A stretch of 64,000 bases of DNA from Candidatus Magasanikiibacteriota bacterium (lineage in GTDB: Bacteria > Patescibacteriota > Patescibacteriia > Magasanikbacterales > GWA2-37-8), in contig CAWJAS010000001.1 of assembly GCA_963840935.1 (NCBI GenBank), positions 579,834-643,833 on the forward strand, read 5' to 3'. The notes beneath the pieces are model-generated. The model made no database searches, had not been told where the DNA came from, and saw only the letters and a list, made by a program, of their open reading frames with translations. Every line of letters starts with the position of its first letter. Position 1 is the stretch's first letter. The translations under genes and the position numbers were made by a program. This document shows positions 28,911 to 39,755 of the stretch, in pieces.

Positions 28911-29817
28911 CACCAAATTCTTTTTTCAACTCACGAATCCCCTGTTCCAAACTAACTTCCGGTTTCCAATCAAGTAATTTTTTGGCAAGCGATATGTCGG
29001 CTTCCGTTTTTCTCGGGTCGCCGGCGCGCGGGTCAATATTCACCGTCGGACCGCCAATTAATTTCGCGAGTTCATTAACCGAACAACTCTCCCCACTCCC
29101 GATATTTATTACCTCGCCCTTACCTGCGGATTTACCCACCATGGCCATCAAATTTGCTTTGGCAATATCCGCCACATGCACGTAGTCCCTGTAATATTCC
29201 CCATCTCCGCAAATGGTCATTGGCTGATTGTTTTTTCTTTGGTCAATGAATTTACCCACAACAAGAGCATATGCCCCTTCAGGGTCAAAATATGGGCCAT
29301 AGACGTTAAAATAGCGCAGGCTGACAGTTTGCAACCCATAAGCTGAACTAAACAAGGCGCAGTATTGTTCGCCAATCTGCTTATGAAGCCCATAAGGACT
29401 CATTGGGTTTGGCAAAAAGGATTCTTTGACCGGAAATTTTTCTTGGTCGCCGTAAACCGCGGCCGATGAAGAAAACACCACGCGCTTAATATTATTTTCT
29501 TTGGCACAAACCAAAACATTCAAAGTACCGTTAACATTCGTATTGTGCGTTTCAATCGGTTGTTCCATTGAATACGAAACTCTGGGCAATGCCGCCAAAT
29601 GAAAAATACCATCAAAACCGCCGGCGCAAACTTTGTTTAATTTTTCAAAATCACAAATATCCAAATCAATATATTCGGCTTTTTCGTGCAAGCGTTCTTC
29701 TTTGCGCCCGCCCGCGTAATTATCCACCACCACAACTTCATGATTTTCACGAAGAAGTAATTTTACCAAATTAGCGCCGATAAAACCGGCTCCGCCGGTA
29801 ACTAAATATTTGCTCAT
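28906..29817 (-). CDS. NAD-dependent epimerase/dehydratase (UDP-sugar 4-epimerase-like)
   Basis: The Rossmann 'VTGGAGFIGANL' and a YxxxK catalytic motif are present. Confidence 0.75.
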   Translation of the reverse strand: MSKYLVTGGAGFIGANLVKLLLRENHEVVVVDNYAGGRKEERLHEKAEYIDLDICDFEKLNKVCAGGFDGIFHLAALPRVSYSMEQPIETHNTNVNGTLNVLVCAKENNIKRVVFSSSAAVYGDQEKFPVKESFLPNPMSPYGLHKQIGEQYCALFSSAYGLQTVSLRYFNVYGPYFDPEGAYALVVGKFIDQRKNNQPMTICGDGEYYRDYVHVADIAKANLMAMVGKSAGKGEVINIGSGESCSVNELAKLIGGPTVNIDPRAGDPRKTEADISLAKKLLDWKPEVSLEQGIRELKKEFGV

Positions 29818-29822
29818 AAAAA

Positions 29823-31214
29823 TTATTTATTACCTTTAATAAAAGGACCGCCGACAGCTAAAATATCGTAACCGCGTTTCTGCAAATCCGTATACGCGTG
29901 TTGCGCCATGCGCCGACCATCGGCGATTAAATAAGGAGTCTGACAAACACTAATAATGATTTGATCGACCGTGCTGAATTGAGGCCAGTCGGTTAGAATA
30001 AAAGCCGCGTCTGAATCGCACAAGGCCTCTTTTTCATTTTTGCAGTAAATAATCCGTTTATCATTTTTTTCCGGCCAATATTTTTTTAAAAGATCCAACG
30101 CCACCGGATCAAAAACTCTCAATTCATCAACATTGTCATCTAATAATTTTTCCGCAATATGCACTGCTCCGGAATTACGCACATCGTTAGTATCTCTTTT
30201 GAACGACAATCCTAAAACGGCAATTTTCTTTCCTTTAACATCAAAGTCGGCATCATTTTTAACTCGTTGATAAAAATGTTCTCGTTGATAAATATTACCG
30301 GATAAAACCTGTTTAATTTGTTGTGAGTTGCTTCCGGCTTTTTCTAATTGAAAAGACAACGCGGCGGCGTCTTTTGTTAAACAACTTCCGCCGGCATATA
30401 TATTGTTATAAAATCCATAACTGCCAATTCTTTTGTCGGCCGTCACTATTTTTCTGATTTTTTCAAAATTTATTCCTTGAAACGACTCGCTTACCCTTCC
30501 AACCACATCAAAAGAAGTAACTAGCCGGCTCAATAATATAAAATTAGCCAATAATTTTCCGGCGGCCGCTTCTCTGGGGCCGGCTTCAATATAACTACCA
30601 CCGGATGAATAATAAAAACGCTGATAAACTTGCTTCATCACTGAAAAATCTTCTTCTCTCAGCGCACCTATCACTGTTCTGTCGGGACTAAAGGAGTCGT
30701 GAATAGCCTGTCCTTCAACCAAAAATTCCGGATTTGAAACAACGCCAAAATTCGTCACTCCGGCCTCAGACAATTTTTGCTCCGCGACCTCCGCCATCTC
30801 AATCGGTACGGTGCTTTTATTGACGACAACGATACGTTTCTCTTGCTTGCCATTGTTCCTCTTGACCAGTCCGGTTGCCAAAGAGTTCAACGCTTCAAAA
30901 TAAATATCCAATTTGTAATTTCCATCTTCTCCAATCGGAGTAGGCACGCAAATAAACACGACATCAGCATCATCAAATGCTTTTTCAACTGTTTGATAAT
31001 CTGCGGTAAAGCTGATATTCTCTCTATTTTGCACCACTAAACTGCCCAAATCTTGTTCAAATAATTCTTGCTCTATTAAGTCGCGATTATAGGTATTAAA
31101 TATATTGATTCTTTTTTCATTTACATCGTATACCAAAACATCGTGACCGAATTTCGCCATCACCGCCGATGAACATGCCCCTACAAAACCGGCACCTATA
31201 TATATAAGCTTCAT
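29823..31214 (-). CDS. nucleotide-sugar dehydrogenase (UDP-glucose/GDP-mannose dehydrogenase family)
   Basis: The N-terminal 'IGAGFVGA' is followed by the central catalytic Cys region 'GGSCLTKD'. Confidence 0.75.
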   Translation of the reverse strand: MKLIYIGAGFVGACSSAVMAKFGHDVLVYDVNEKRINIFNTYNRDLIEQELFEQDLGSLVVQNRENISFTADYQTVEKAFDDADVVFICVPTPIGEDGNYKLDIYFEALNSLATGLVKRNNGKQEKRIVVVNKSTVPIEMAEVAEQKLSEAGVTNFGVVSNPEFLVEGQAIHDSFSPDRTVIGALREEDFSVMKQVYQRFYYSSGGSYIEAGPREAAAGKLLANFILLSRLVTSFDVVGRVSESFQGINFEKIRKIVTADKRIGSYGFYNNIYAGGSCLTKDAAALSFQLEKAGSNSQQIKQVLSGNIYQREHFYQRVKNDADFDVKGKKIAVLGLSFKRDTNDVRNSGAVHIAEKLLDDNVDELRVFDPVALDLLKKYWPEKNDKRIIYCKNEKEALCDSDAAFILTDWPQFSTVDQIIISVCQTPYLIADGRRMAQHAYTDLQKRGYDILAVGGPFIKGNK

Positions 31215-31486
31215 ATTTTAGATATTTTATACAGTTCTTCGACTGAGACAAGCATCTATTGGCCAGCGAAAATTTTGTGATAATTTGGCGCGCCCCATTC
31301 TCACCCAAACGAAGCCGTAAACTATTATCTTGAACTTATAATATCAAAGACGTTTGAAAATAGACCAATAAACCAGCCCCACCGGTCACTAATATTTTTT
31401 TCATATATTTTTATAAATATTTTCTATTTGATTTAACATTTTTTCCAAAGAAAATTTTTCAACAACATCGTCTTCCGTTCCCCATT

Positions 31487-32491
31487 TCAATCGTATTTTC
31501 GCAATTTTAATACAGCTTCTTTAATTTGTCCAACCTGATTTTTAACCAAAATTCCGTTTTGTTCATTCACCGCTTCACTAACTCCCCCGACATCACTGGC
31601 TATTATCGGCAAACCAGCGGACATGGCTTCCAAAATTGTATATGGGAAACCTTCCCAAGCGGAAATGAAAACAAAAATATCTGCTAATCTTAGTTGGGCC
31701 ATGGCTTCGACTTTTGGCAATGCGCCCAAAAATTCAACATCAATATTTTTTTCTTTGGCTAAATTTTCTAAACCGGTCTTCTTTGGTCCATCACCAACAA
31801 TTGTGAACTTTGTTTTATTTTTTATTTCTTCTGGCAAACCGGCAATGGCCTCAATCGTTAATTCCGGTTTTTTCGGTTCGGCCAATCGGCCAATAAATAC
31901 CAAACCGATTTTTGATTTTTGTCCGCCGGCTGGCGGATTAATTTTAGAATCATCCATAACCGATACCGTCGAAACGCCATTATAAATTACTTTAAACTTA
32001 TTTTCTGGCGCCAAACCATATTTTAATCCCAATTTTTTTACAAACTCTGCCACGCAAATATATGTGTCGGTATATTTGGCGCAAAGCTTTTCCAGCCACA
32101 AAACCGGATATTTTACCCACGGCTTCATTCCAATATTGAATCCCCAACCATGCGCGGTGTAAATTGTGCGGAATTTTCCTTTAATCGCAAGACGTCCCAA
32201 AATTCCGGCAGATGAACTATGACAATGCACAATGTCCGGTGCGAATTCATCGGCGAGTTTCCTGGTTTCTTTTATGGCGTTGGACAATCTCCGCGGGCAT
32301 GGTTTATTAGAAAAATATTTATTATCAACAAAAGCAACACCGATTTTTTCACATTCGTTTTTGAGCCAGCCATCGCCCGAACTCATCACAATAATCTCGT
32401 TTCCTTTTTCTTTAAAATAACGGCAAAGATCGGCAACATGCGTTTGCGCGCCTCCGGCTTCCGATTTGGTAATAAGATAGAGAATTTTCAT
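31487..32491 (-). CDS. glycosyltransferase family 4, apparently frameshifted near 3' end (true end probably 31401)
   Basis: 'EGFPYTILEAMSAGLPIIASDVGGVSE' is a GT4 signature. The -1 frame continues 'LKWGTEDDVVEKFSLEKMLNQIENIYKNI*', a typical GT4 C-terminus. Confidence 0.7.
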   Translation of the reverse strand: MKILYLITKSEAGGAQTHVADLCRYFKEKGNEIIVMSSGDGWLKNECEKIGVAFVDNKYFSNKPCPRRLSNAIKETRKLADEFAPDIVHCHSSSAGILGRLAIKGKFRTIYTAHGWGFNIGMKPWVKYPVLWLEKLCAKYTDTYICVAEFVKKLGLKYGLAPENKFKVIYNGVSTVSVMDDSKINPPAGGQKSKIGLVFIGRLAEPKKPELTIEAIAGLPEEIKNKTKFTIVGDGPKKTGLENLAKEKNIDVEFLGALPKVEAMAQLRLADIFVFISAWEGFPYTILEAMSAGLPIIASDVGGVSEAVNEQNGILVKNQVGQIKEAVLKLRKYD

Positions 32492-32494
32492 TTG

Positions 32495-33262
32495 TTAAAT
32501 TAATCGTAAATAGGCAAACATAATTCTAAAATATGCTTTTATAATTGCCAAACAATAATTGGGATAAGAGCCGTCATTGTATTGCCTTATTATTCTCAAA
32601 TGCTCTTTGGCGGAAAATGCCCTGTTTTTCCAAGTGGCGCTTGATAAATGCTTGCGGTAATTGATTAACACATCAGAAAAATTCATCAATTTACCCTTTT
32701 TCCCCATTCGCAAAATCAAGTCATAATCTTCTCCCAATTTATACTCTTTATAACCATCAATTTCAAGAACCGCTTTTCTCCTATACATTATTGAGGAATG
32801 AACAAATTGATTGCTGAATAATAATTTATTTCTGATTCTCTCGTCTGTTTGTTCAAAATTTATCTTTCCAATAACAGAGCCCGCCTGGTCTATTACCCCC
32901 GCCATACCGCCGACTAAAACATAATCTTTATTATTATCAAGAAAATCAACTTGTTTTTTTATTTTATCTTTATCAGTCCAAACATCATCACTATCAAGCA
33001 CGGCCATGTATTCACCTTCGCACAAAGATAGGGCGATTTTCCTGCTCTCGGCTATTCCTTTATTCCGGATTTGCGAGGAATATTTTATTGGCAAATTTTG
33101 ACCTGTATATTTTTTTATAATTTTATCGGTATTGTCCGTTGAGCCGTCATTCACAACAACAAGTTCCCAATCTGAAAAACTTTGAAACAAAACACTTTCA
33201 ATCGCTTGCGCGATGAATTTGTCTCTATTATAGGCAACCATTATTATACTTACTTTTGGCAT
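32495..33262 (-). CDS. glycosyltransferase family 2
   Basis: 'VSIIMVAYNRDKFIAQAIESVLFQ...VVNDGSTDNT' indicates GT2. Confidence 0.75.
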   Translation of the reverse strand: MPKVSIIMVAYNRDKFIAQAIESVLFQSFSDWELVVVNDGSTDNTDKIIKKYTGQNLPIKYSSQIRNKGIAESRKIALSLCEGEYMAVLDSDDVWTDKDKIKKQVDFLDNNKDYVLVGGMAGVIDQAGSVIGKINFEQTDERIRNKLLFSNQFVHSSIMYRRKAVLEIDGYKEYKLGEDYDLILRMGKKGKLMNFSDVLINYRKHLSSATWKNRAFSAKEHLRIIRQYNDGSYPNYCLAIIKAYFRIMFAYLRLI

Positions 33263-33263
33263 A

Positions 33264-34058
33264 TTATATTCTTAACCAATTTGATGGCACAATATCCATT
33301 TGTTTGGCTTTTTTATCATTGAACCATTTTTTTGGCGCAATCACAATTTTTTCGGAATTATCATTCAACCACGCCCCCCACCAACTAAAACTGCTATTGG
33401 CAATAATATTGTGTTTGCATTTGCTCATCAAAATTAATTCTTCAATATCTTCGATTTCAGGGCAAGAAACAAAAACAAATTCATTGCCTTTCAAATTTTC
33501 TTTCGCCCAGTGAATATCATCCGAAAAAACAAAAAAAATCGGATTATTTATTTTTTCTTTAATTATTCTCGTTGCTTCATTGTAATAATCCAAACCGCAA
33601 ACACCATGATAGGCGTTAATTTTTTTATTCGCCACATAATCCCCCCGCCTTATGTGCAACGAAACAGAATCGCTATTTTCTATTCTTTGCAAATATTCTT
33701 TTGCTGGCGCCGAAAAATCATTTTTTAAAGTAAATTCTTTTCTAATTTTATCGGCAATACCAATAAAATATTTTTCATTCTGATAATATTCATCAACAAA
33801 AAAACCCAACCGTCTTTTTATTTTATTCAAATAATTAATAAATAAATCTTTTTTGGTGATAAATTTACCAAACCTTGTTTTTGTTTGAATATTAAATTTA
33901 TTCAATTTAAAAATCCTGGCCGTATCAACAACGGGCTTCGCGCCGTCAAAAAAAGAAATATCAAAAGCAATTCGCTTCCCTGCAATTTCCAAATTTCTGC
34001 CATAGGCATATTGAAACATCTGGTTTCCGAGACCGCCTTTGATTTTGATAGCACGCAT
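33264..34058 (-). CDS. alpha-1,2-fucosyltransferase (GT11 family)
   Basis: 'IKGGLGNQMFQYAYG' is the GT11 motif I. Confidence 0.7.
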   Translation of the reverse strand: MRAIKIKGGLGNQMFQYAYGRNLEIAGKRIAFDISFFDGAKPVVDTARIFKLNKFNIQTKTRFGKFITKKDLFINYLNKIKRRLGFFVDEYYQNEKYFIGIADKIRKEFTLKNDFSAPAKEYLQRIENSDSVSLHIRRGDYVANKKINAYHGVCGLDYYNEATRIIKEKINNPIFFVFSDDIHWAKENLKGNEFVFVSCPEIEDIEELILMSKCKHNIIANSSFSWWGAWLNDNSEKIVIAPKKWFNDKKAKQMDIVPSNWLRI

Positions 34059-34107
34059 AATATTATTTTATAAAAAATAAATAATATCTGTTTGCAAAAT
34101 TATAAAT

Positions 34108-34875
34108 TTACTTACAGTAATCATCGCTAATAATCAAATAATTGCAATACTGGAAATTTTCCAAATCTTGTATATATTTAACCTTTACCAACTTATCCGG
34201 TAATATCTTGAAAAATGAGAATGAATAATTGTTAAAATAATCAAATATATCCTTTAAAAATATTCCGGCATCGATGTATGTACCGCCATATTCCAACTGA
34301 ATTATATTAATATTTTTTTCTTTTAACATTCTTTCCGCGCCCTTCAATACTTCCATTTCATTGCCTTCAACATCGATTTTTAGAAAATCTATTTTTTCAA
34401 TTTTATTATCAAAACAATAATCATCTAATTTGTTTATTGCGACTTTTTCCGTAACAACTTTATTTTTATCAACCAATTCATCTCTCAAATACAAAGAATT
34501 AACCGTTGAATCATTGTCAAAAATATAAAATACCTTTTCCTCGTTCGCAGAGCCTAACCCAAAATTATTAAGCACAACATTTTTAGAATCAATATTTTGT
34601 TCCAATTTGCTAAAAGTTGAATGCCCGGGCTCAAAACAATGCACATGCGCATTCGGCACTATACCCAAAACCGTTTTTGTCCAATCACCCACATTTGCTC
34701 CAACGTCAAAAATTACATCATTTTCATTTAAATATTTTTTTAAGACAAACATCTCTCCGTTGGTGTCAATCTCGCAATTATTCTCTCCGCGGTGATCAAA
34801 AACCAAACGCTTTGCCACTCGATAAATAGAATTATTGCTGGATATTAAATAAAATAATTTTCTTAATATTTTCAT
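34108..34875 (-). CDS. FkbM-family methyltransferase
   Basis: 'VIFDVGANVGDWT...HCFEP' is FkbM-like. Confidence 0.7.
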   Translation of the reverse strand: MKILRKLFYLISSNNSIYRVAKRLVFDHRGENNCEIDTNGEMFVLKKYLNENDVIFDVGANVGDWTKTVLGIVPNAHVHCFEPGHSTFSKLEQNIDSKNVVLNNFGLGSANEEKVFYIFDNDSTVNSLYLRDELVDKNKVVTEKVAINKLDDYCFDNKIEKIDFLKIDVEGNEMEVLKGAERMLKEKNINIIQLEYGGTYIDAGIFLKDIFDYFNNYSFSFFKILPDKLVKVKYIQDLENFQYCNYLIISDDYCK

Positions 34876-35801
34876 AACTTAATTAAATTGACAAAATTTT
34901 CGGCTACGCGACGATGTGAAAAATTTTCTATCACATATTGTCGAGGATTAAATTTTTCCAGATGTTCACTCATAAATAACCAATTATTTTGGAATTCATT
35001 AATGTCTTTAAAAAATATTCCGCAATCTTTCGTCAAATACGGCGCGCTAATTTTTTCATCTTTCCAAGAGATGCCATTATATTGCCAATAACCCCTATTC
35101 CAGACCAGCGTTGGAACATTTTTTTCCCACGCCTCCGCCAAAGCGAGGCCCTGGCTTTCAGACGGAGAAAAATAAATCATAAATTTTGCCTCGTCTAGCA
35201 AATCAAGATAAGTATCATGCCGATAATATCCATATTTTATTAAATCAACAGATACTTTTTTTTGAGCCAAAAAATGCCTAACATCTGATAATAATTTCTC
35301 ATCGCAATTTTTTGCATAGATTATGACTCGTTCTTTAGTTAATTTTTTTTGAGTTGTTTCATCTATGCCTGCCGGCCAAATCACAATTCTGTCGGATAAT
35401 TCCGGGTTCATATTAACCCATAGATTTTTTACCCAAAGAGACGGTACAATAATTACATCAATCGCTTTACCCATAATTATCCCATTTTTTTCGCTTGGAA
35501 CCACAACCATTACCGGGCCAACAATTAATTTTTTAATTTTTCCTTTCTTTTTTGCCTCTATCGCCCACTTCAAAGCTTCCAAGCTTCCATTGATATACAC
35601 AATATCATCGGGTTTAATTTCGTTCGCGCTAATATTAAATTTAAAATCAAAATTTAACTCTTTCAGTCCTTTTAATAAACTATCAACTACCACATCCGGT
35701 CCGCGCTTTTGCCCAAGCAAAAATTTGATAAAAGATTTAATATGTCTAATAAAATCTTTAAAATTTAATACAGGTGATTTTGTTAGAATTACTAAAGACA
35801 T
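34872..35801 (-). CDS. putative glycosyltransferase (GT-B C-terminal half-like)
   Basis: The call rests only on 'SPSESQGLALAEAW', which resembles the GT-B donor-binding motif. Confidence 0.35.
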   Translation of the reverse strand: MSLVILTKSPVLNFKDFIRHIKSFIKFLLGQKRGPDVVVDSLLKGLKELNFDFKFNISANEIKPDDIVYINGSLEALKWAIEAKKKGKIKKLIVGPVMVVVPSEKNGIIMGKAIDVIIVPSLWVKNLWVNMNPELSDRIVIWPAGIDETTQKKLTKERVIIYAKNCDEKLLSDVRHFLAQKKVSVDLIKYGYYRHDTYLDLLDEAKFMIYFSPSESQGLALAEAWEKNVPTLVWNRGYWQYNGISWKDEKISAPYLTKDCGIFFKDINEFQNNWLFMSEHLEKFNPRQYVIENFSHRRVAENFVNLIKL

Positions 35802-35802
35802 A

Positions 35803-37038
35803 TCAATTTAATGCTTCATCAATCCATTTTTCAAATTTACCCATGTTGTTTTGAATTATAAACAACTCATCACCTTTTTCTTTTGCATGTTTGCCCATTT
35901 CAACAATTTTACCGTTATTTTTAGCTTCAATAAATTCTTTCATAAATTCCGCATATTGATTTAAATCATCAATTTTCGCGACGCGCGAGAAGGAATTATC
36001 CAAATATTCCAAATGAGCATTCCAAACGACAGATTTGTGCGAAATAATCGGCTTTCCGCACAACATTGATTCGGCAATATTTAAACCGCATGTTTCGCCA
36101 TCTTTGCGAAAGTGCCCCAAAACATCAATGGCATTATGGAAAGCCCATACATCTTTTTCCTCGGCAATCAAAGGTAAAAAATGCACATTCGGAATATTTT
36201 CTTCGCGCACAATTTGCTCTAATTTTGGCGATGGCGCCACAATCAAATAATGGGCGTTGGAATATTTTTTAACAACTTCTTTGAAGGCGTTTATGCCAAT
36301 CGGGTCAAAAATATTATCATCAGGCCGGCCAATACGACCAAAGATAAACTCATTTTCGTTAATACCCAACTTAATACGTAAATTACGACCGCGATTCAAC
36401 GGAATTTCCGATGGGCCTTCGCTTGGTACATACATAACTTCAACTTTATCACTTGTAATACATGGTCTAATCGTATTAGCCGTCAAACTTGAATTACATA
36501 CATGCTTAACGATGTTTTTCTGCACGGATACAGAGCCAAAAACATTAATAAATATTATCGGTAATTTAATAATATTTGCCGTTGGAAATTCCGGATAACC
36601 GGAACCCGCCGTGACAAATAAATCAATATTATAATCTTTTATCACATCAAAAATATGCGGTTTCATTCCGGTAATATAAAACGGTAATTTGTTTTCAACA
36701 CTTTCATAGTCAAAATCAATCAAATGAATGCCGGAATTTTCCAAATATCCCTTTCGTTCGCTATGATTTTTGGAAGAATACATGAAAAAAACTTCATATT
36801 TTTTCTTATCAAGATATTTAGCTAAAATTTGCAAATTTTTTTGTGTGCCAGCGTATGACAAGCCATTAATTTCGTAAAATAAAATTATTTTTTTATTATC
36901 ATTTGATAAATTATTATTATATTCACAGATTCCGCCACGACGGCGAGAAATATACAATCGATAAAAAGACAATAAAATCTTCGCTTTATTTAAAAAACAT
37001 GATGGAAATATTTTTTTTGCCAAACTTATTAAAGACAT
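35803..37038 (-). CDS. glycosyltransferase (GT-B / GT4-like)
   Basis: 'ETCGLNIAESMLCGKPIISH' resembles an E-x7-E region. Confidence 0.5.
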   Translation of the reverse strand: MSLISLAKKIFPSCFLNKAKILLSFYRLYISRRRGGICEYNNNLSNDNKKIILFYEINGLSYAGTQKNLQILAKYLDKKKYEVFFMYSSKNHSERKGYLENSGIHLIDFDYESVENKLPFYITGMKPHIFDVIKDYNIDLFVTAGSGYPEFPTANIIKLPIIFINVFGSVSVQKNIVKHVCNSSLTANTIRPCITSDKVEVMYVPSEGPSEIPLNRGRNLRIKLGINENEFIFGRIGRPDDNIFDPIGINAFKEVVKKYSNAHYLIVAPSPKLEQIVREENIPNVHFLPLIAEEKDVWAFHNAIDVLGHFRKDGETCGLNIAESMLCGKPIISHKSVVWNAHLEYLDNSFSRVAKIDDLNQYAEFMKEFIEAKNNGKIVEMGKHAKEKGDELFIIQNNMGKFEKWIDEALN

Positions 37039-37946
37039 AATCTATTAATTAATTGCATGTGTTTAGCCGGATCCAAACATAAATACATTTTTGCGCCTTC
37101 AATATCCCAATTTAAATCAACTTTTTTTAATTTATCATCAACTAAACAAAAAACCGCGTATCCAAGATCATTTCTTAACAAATTCAAAGTCGCGGAACTA
37201 TGAGCATTATTAAATACCTGCTTTCCATTTTGAGCATGGGCGATTATCTCCACAAATATTATTGGGCGCGACTTAGCTATAACTTCTTTACTCCCGCAAA
37301 GCATACTATATTCGGCCCCTTCAATATCAATTTTTATGAAATCCGGCAAATCCATATTATTCGCCATAATCAGACCATCCAATTTTTTGACAGCAACGTT
37401 TCTTTGGTTATCCACCGCAACATTCATAAATCCTTTCACTATTGTTGAACCGGTGCCGGATAGAAATATACTACTTTCGCCATCCTCATTGCTCAAAGCC
37501 ACGGGGATAACAGTGATCTTGTTTTCTAAATTATTTAATTTTAAACTTTCGCGCAATATATCAACGTGTTCTTTAACGGGTTCAAAGGAAAAAACTTTAA
37601 CTCTGCCACCACCAACCGTGGCTGTGAGTATTCCATAATAACCCGTGTTAGCACCAATATCATAAACCACGATATCATCTATATTTTCAAGCAAATAATT
37701 GATGATTTTAATTACCAATTCAGTTTCATTTTTTTCCACATAACCATTATTGGCAATGCCATTTGAAATATCGGCTTCGTTATAGATATCTCCAACATAC
37801 CAATAACCAAGGTCGGCCTTAACAGCAAAACGTGGCACACCACCATCCAACCTGTTAGAAACTATAACAAATTTCTTTCCAAATTTATTCAAAAATGAAT
37901 TGATTAATTTAACAAATAAATTTTTTATAATATTTTTAATATTCAT
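37029..37946 (-). CDS. FkbM-family methyltransferase
   Basis: 'VYDIGANTGYYG...FSFEP' is FkbM-like. Confidence 0.7.
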   Translation of the reverse strand: MNIKNIIKNLFVKLINSFLNKFGKKFVIVSNRLDGGVPRFAVKADLGYWYVGDIYNEADISNGIANNGYVEKNETELVIKIINYLLENIDDIVVYDIGANTGYYGILTATVGGGRVKVFSFEPVKEHVDILRESLKLNNLENKITVIPVALSNEDGESSIFLSGTGSTIVKGFMNVAVDNQRNVAVKKLDGLIMANNMDLPDFIKIDIEGAEYSMLCGSKEVIAKSRPIIFVEIIAHAQNGKQVFNNAHSSATLNLLRNDLGYAVFCLVDDKLKKVDLNWDIEGAKMYLCLDPAKHMQLINRLCL

Positions 37947-37973
37947 ATCCTTATTATTAATAGCACGTCATTA

Positions 37974-38720
37974 CTAGCGAAAAAAATTAAGTAACAATCT
38001 CATCCCATACTTGATGCGAGAAGGCACCCCACTTATTATCCATTGAATTTTTTTAACTCGCGTCATTTTGTAATCATTTTTTACTGCACTTTGACCAACG
38101 CATTCGCCAATTACACCATAACAATAATTATCTGCTAACACATCGTTAAATCTCAATTCCCAATTTGGTAAATGATACGCCCACCACTCTTTACTTCGAA
38201 TATGCCACAAATATTGCTGACGGTTTTTTCCATACGGTTCCCCAAAATATAATACAGAACCAAGTGGCGCATTGTTAATTAGTTTTAGGAATTGTAATAC
38301 AATTTTATCTGGAATGTGGGAAAGCACAGTTGCCGTAGTAAAAAAAACCGGCTTATCAATATTCACATTATTAAGCGCTTCAATCATGCCTGCATTAATG
38401 TGGGAAATATTATGGAATTGTTGAGTAATTTTTTTTGAGACATCCACACCGGCTTTTGAAGGTTCAACACCTATCACCTTTTCAAAAAGAGGCGCCGTCT
38501 TCAGCAATAACCAGCCACCACCAGATCCGATATCAATATGAGTTTTTACAGCCGCAGTGACTTCATTTGCTATTTTTTCAAAACCTAAATGTATAAATTG
38601 ATTGCGCCGATCATATTCAGCAAAACAATCTTGATGCCGTTCTAATGCGCCTTCTTTTTCAAATTCGAAATTATGCGCAAGATAGCTTTCATTATCATCT
38701 ATTAATTTAAATTTATTCAT
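37974..38720 (-). CDS. class I SAM-dependent methyltransferase
   Basis: 'IDIGSGGGWLL' is SAM-binding motif I. Confidence 0.6.
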   Translation of the reverse strand: MNKFKLIDDNESYLAHNFEFEKEGALERHQDCFAEYDRRNQFIHLGFEKIANEVTAAVKTHIDIGSGGGWLLLKTAPLFEKVIGVEPSKAGVDVSKKITQQFHNISHINAGMIEALNNVNIDKPVFFTTATVLSHIPDKIVLQFLKLINNAPLGSVLYFGEPYGKNRQQYLWHIRSKEWWAYHLPNWELRFNDVLADNYCYGVIGECVGQSAVKNDYKMTRVKKIQWIISGVPSRIKYGMRLLLNFFR

Positions 38721-38833
38721 AATTAGCAGTCTATTTTTTAAAAAATTTAAATATTTTATATATAATTGAATTATCAGAAATAAATCTCTGCATTGTAGAA
38801 TGATAAAATTTTTGAAAGATATTTCTCGGGTCT

Positions 38834-39094
38834 TTAATTTCTAAAATCCGGGATTTCTAATTTATGTCCTTTTTCAATTGCTGTTTGTCTTTTTTCTTCC
38901 CAATCAATATCCCAAATATCTAGCCATTTAAATTTATTCACGCCGTATTCTTTAAATTTTTTAAGACATTCCAAATCATACCAAAAAAAATTTTCTTTTT
39001 TAATTTGAAAGTTTTTAACTAAATTTCCATATTTATCCAAGCCATTCTTTTGATAATTTTGTTGTTTCAGGTTGCGATATGTTTTTTGTCTCAA
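38834..39094 (-). CDS. small hypothetical ORF overlapping GT2 3' end (possible frameshifted extension)
   Basis: This is an ORF only. It has a 62-nt overlap with the upstream GT2 gene. Confidence 0.2.
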   Translation of the reverse strand: MRQKTYRNLKQQNYQKNGLDKYGNLVKNFQIKKENFFWYDLECLKKFKEYGVNKFKWLDIWDIDWEEKRQTAIEKGHKLEIPDFRN

Positions 39095-39755
39095 AATACA
39101 TTCTATTAATTTTTATCGCTTTTTTAAGAGTACTTTGTTCCAAAAAATCAAATATTCTATATCTTCTTTGCTTGGAAAGCATCCTTTCAAAATCTAAAAA
39201 ATGAAAATGCAGTACTTTTATCTCATTATTTTTAACACTTTTTCGCATGTAGTCTTCCGGCATTCTTGGTTCGGAAGTTTTTTTATTTGAAAAATTTAAT
39301 TTGCCGTCATCGCGAAAAATAAAATGTTTGAAATTTGCCGACCATATGGAATTTTTTTCAACAATATGCGAATGGATGTCTTTTGATAGCATTATCCATT
39401 GTAAAATCATTGATTCGCCGGGCAATAAATTACAAACTTGACTATCAAAATTGATATTATTTAATACGTTTGCAGACAATATTTCATCTGCATCTAGCGC
39501 AATAATTATATTATCGGTTCCAAATAATTCTCTGGCTTTATTGAGCAGTATTTGCCGTGCATGAGATTGGTCTAGATTACTAAGTTCGTTTTTTACACAA
39601 ATGACTTTGTCAAATTTATTACAAATCATAGGCGTCGTGTCAGTCGAATTTTGATCGGCAACAATAATATTGTCCACCCATAAAGAAGCGCACTGCAAAG
39701 AAAATTCCAAAATCCAATCTTCGTTTTTAACCGGCATTACCAATATCTTTTTCAT
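39033..39755 (-). CDS. glycosyltransferase family 2
   Basis: 'ILVMPVKNEDWILEFSLQ...IALDADE' indicates GT2. Confidence 0.6.
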   Translation of the reverse strand: MKKILVMPVKNEDWILEFSLQCASLWVDNIIVADQNSTDTTPMICNKFDKVICVKNELSNLDQSHARQILLNKARELFGTDNIIIALDADEILSANVLNNINFDSQVCNLLPGESMILQWIMLSKDIHSHIVEKNSIWSANFKHFIFRDDGKLNFSNKKTSEPRMPEDYMRKSVKNNEIKVLHFHFLDFERMLSKQRRYRIFDFLEQSTLKKAIKINRMYFETKNISQPETTKLSKEWLG

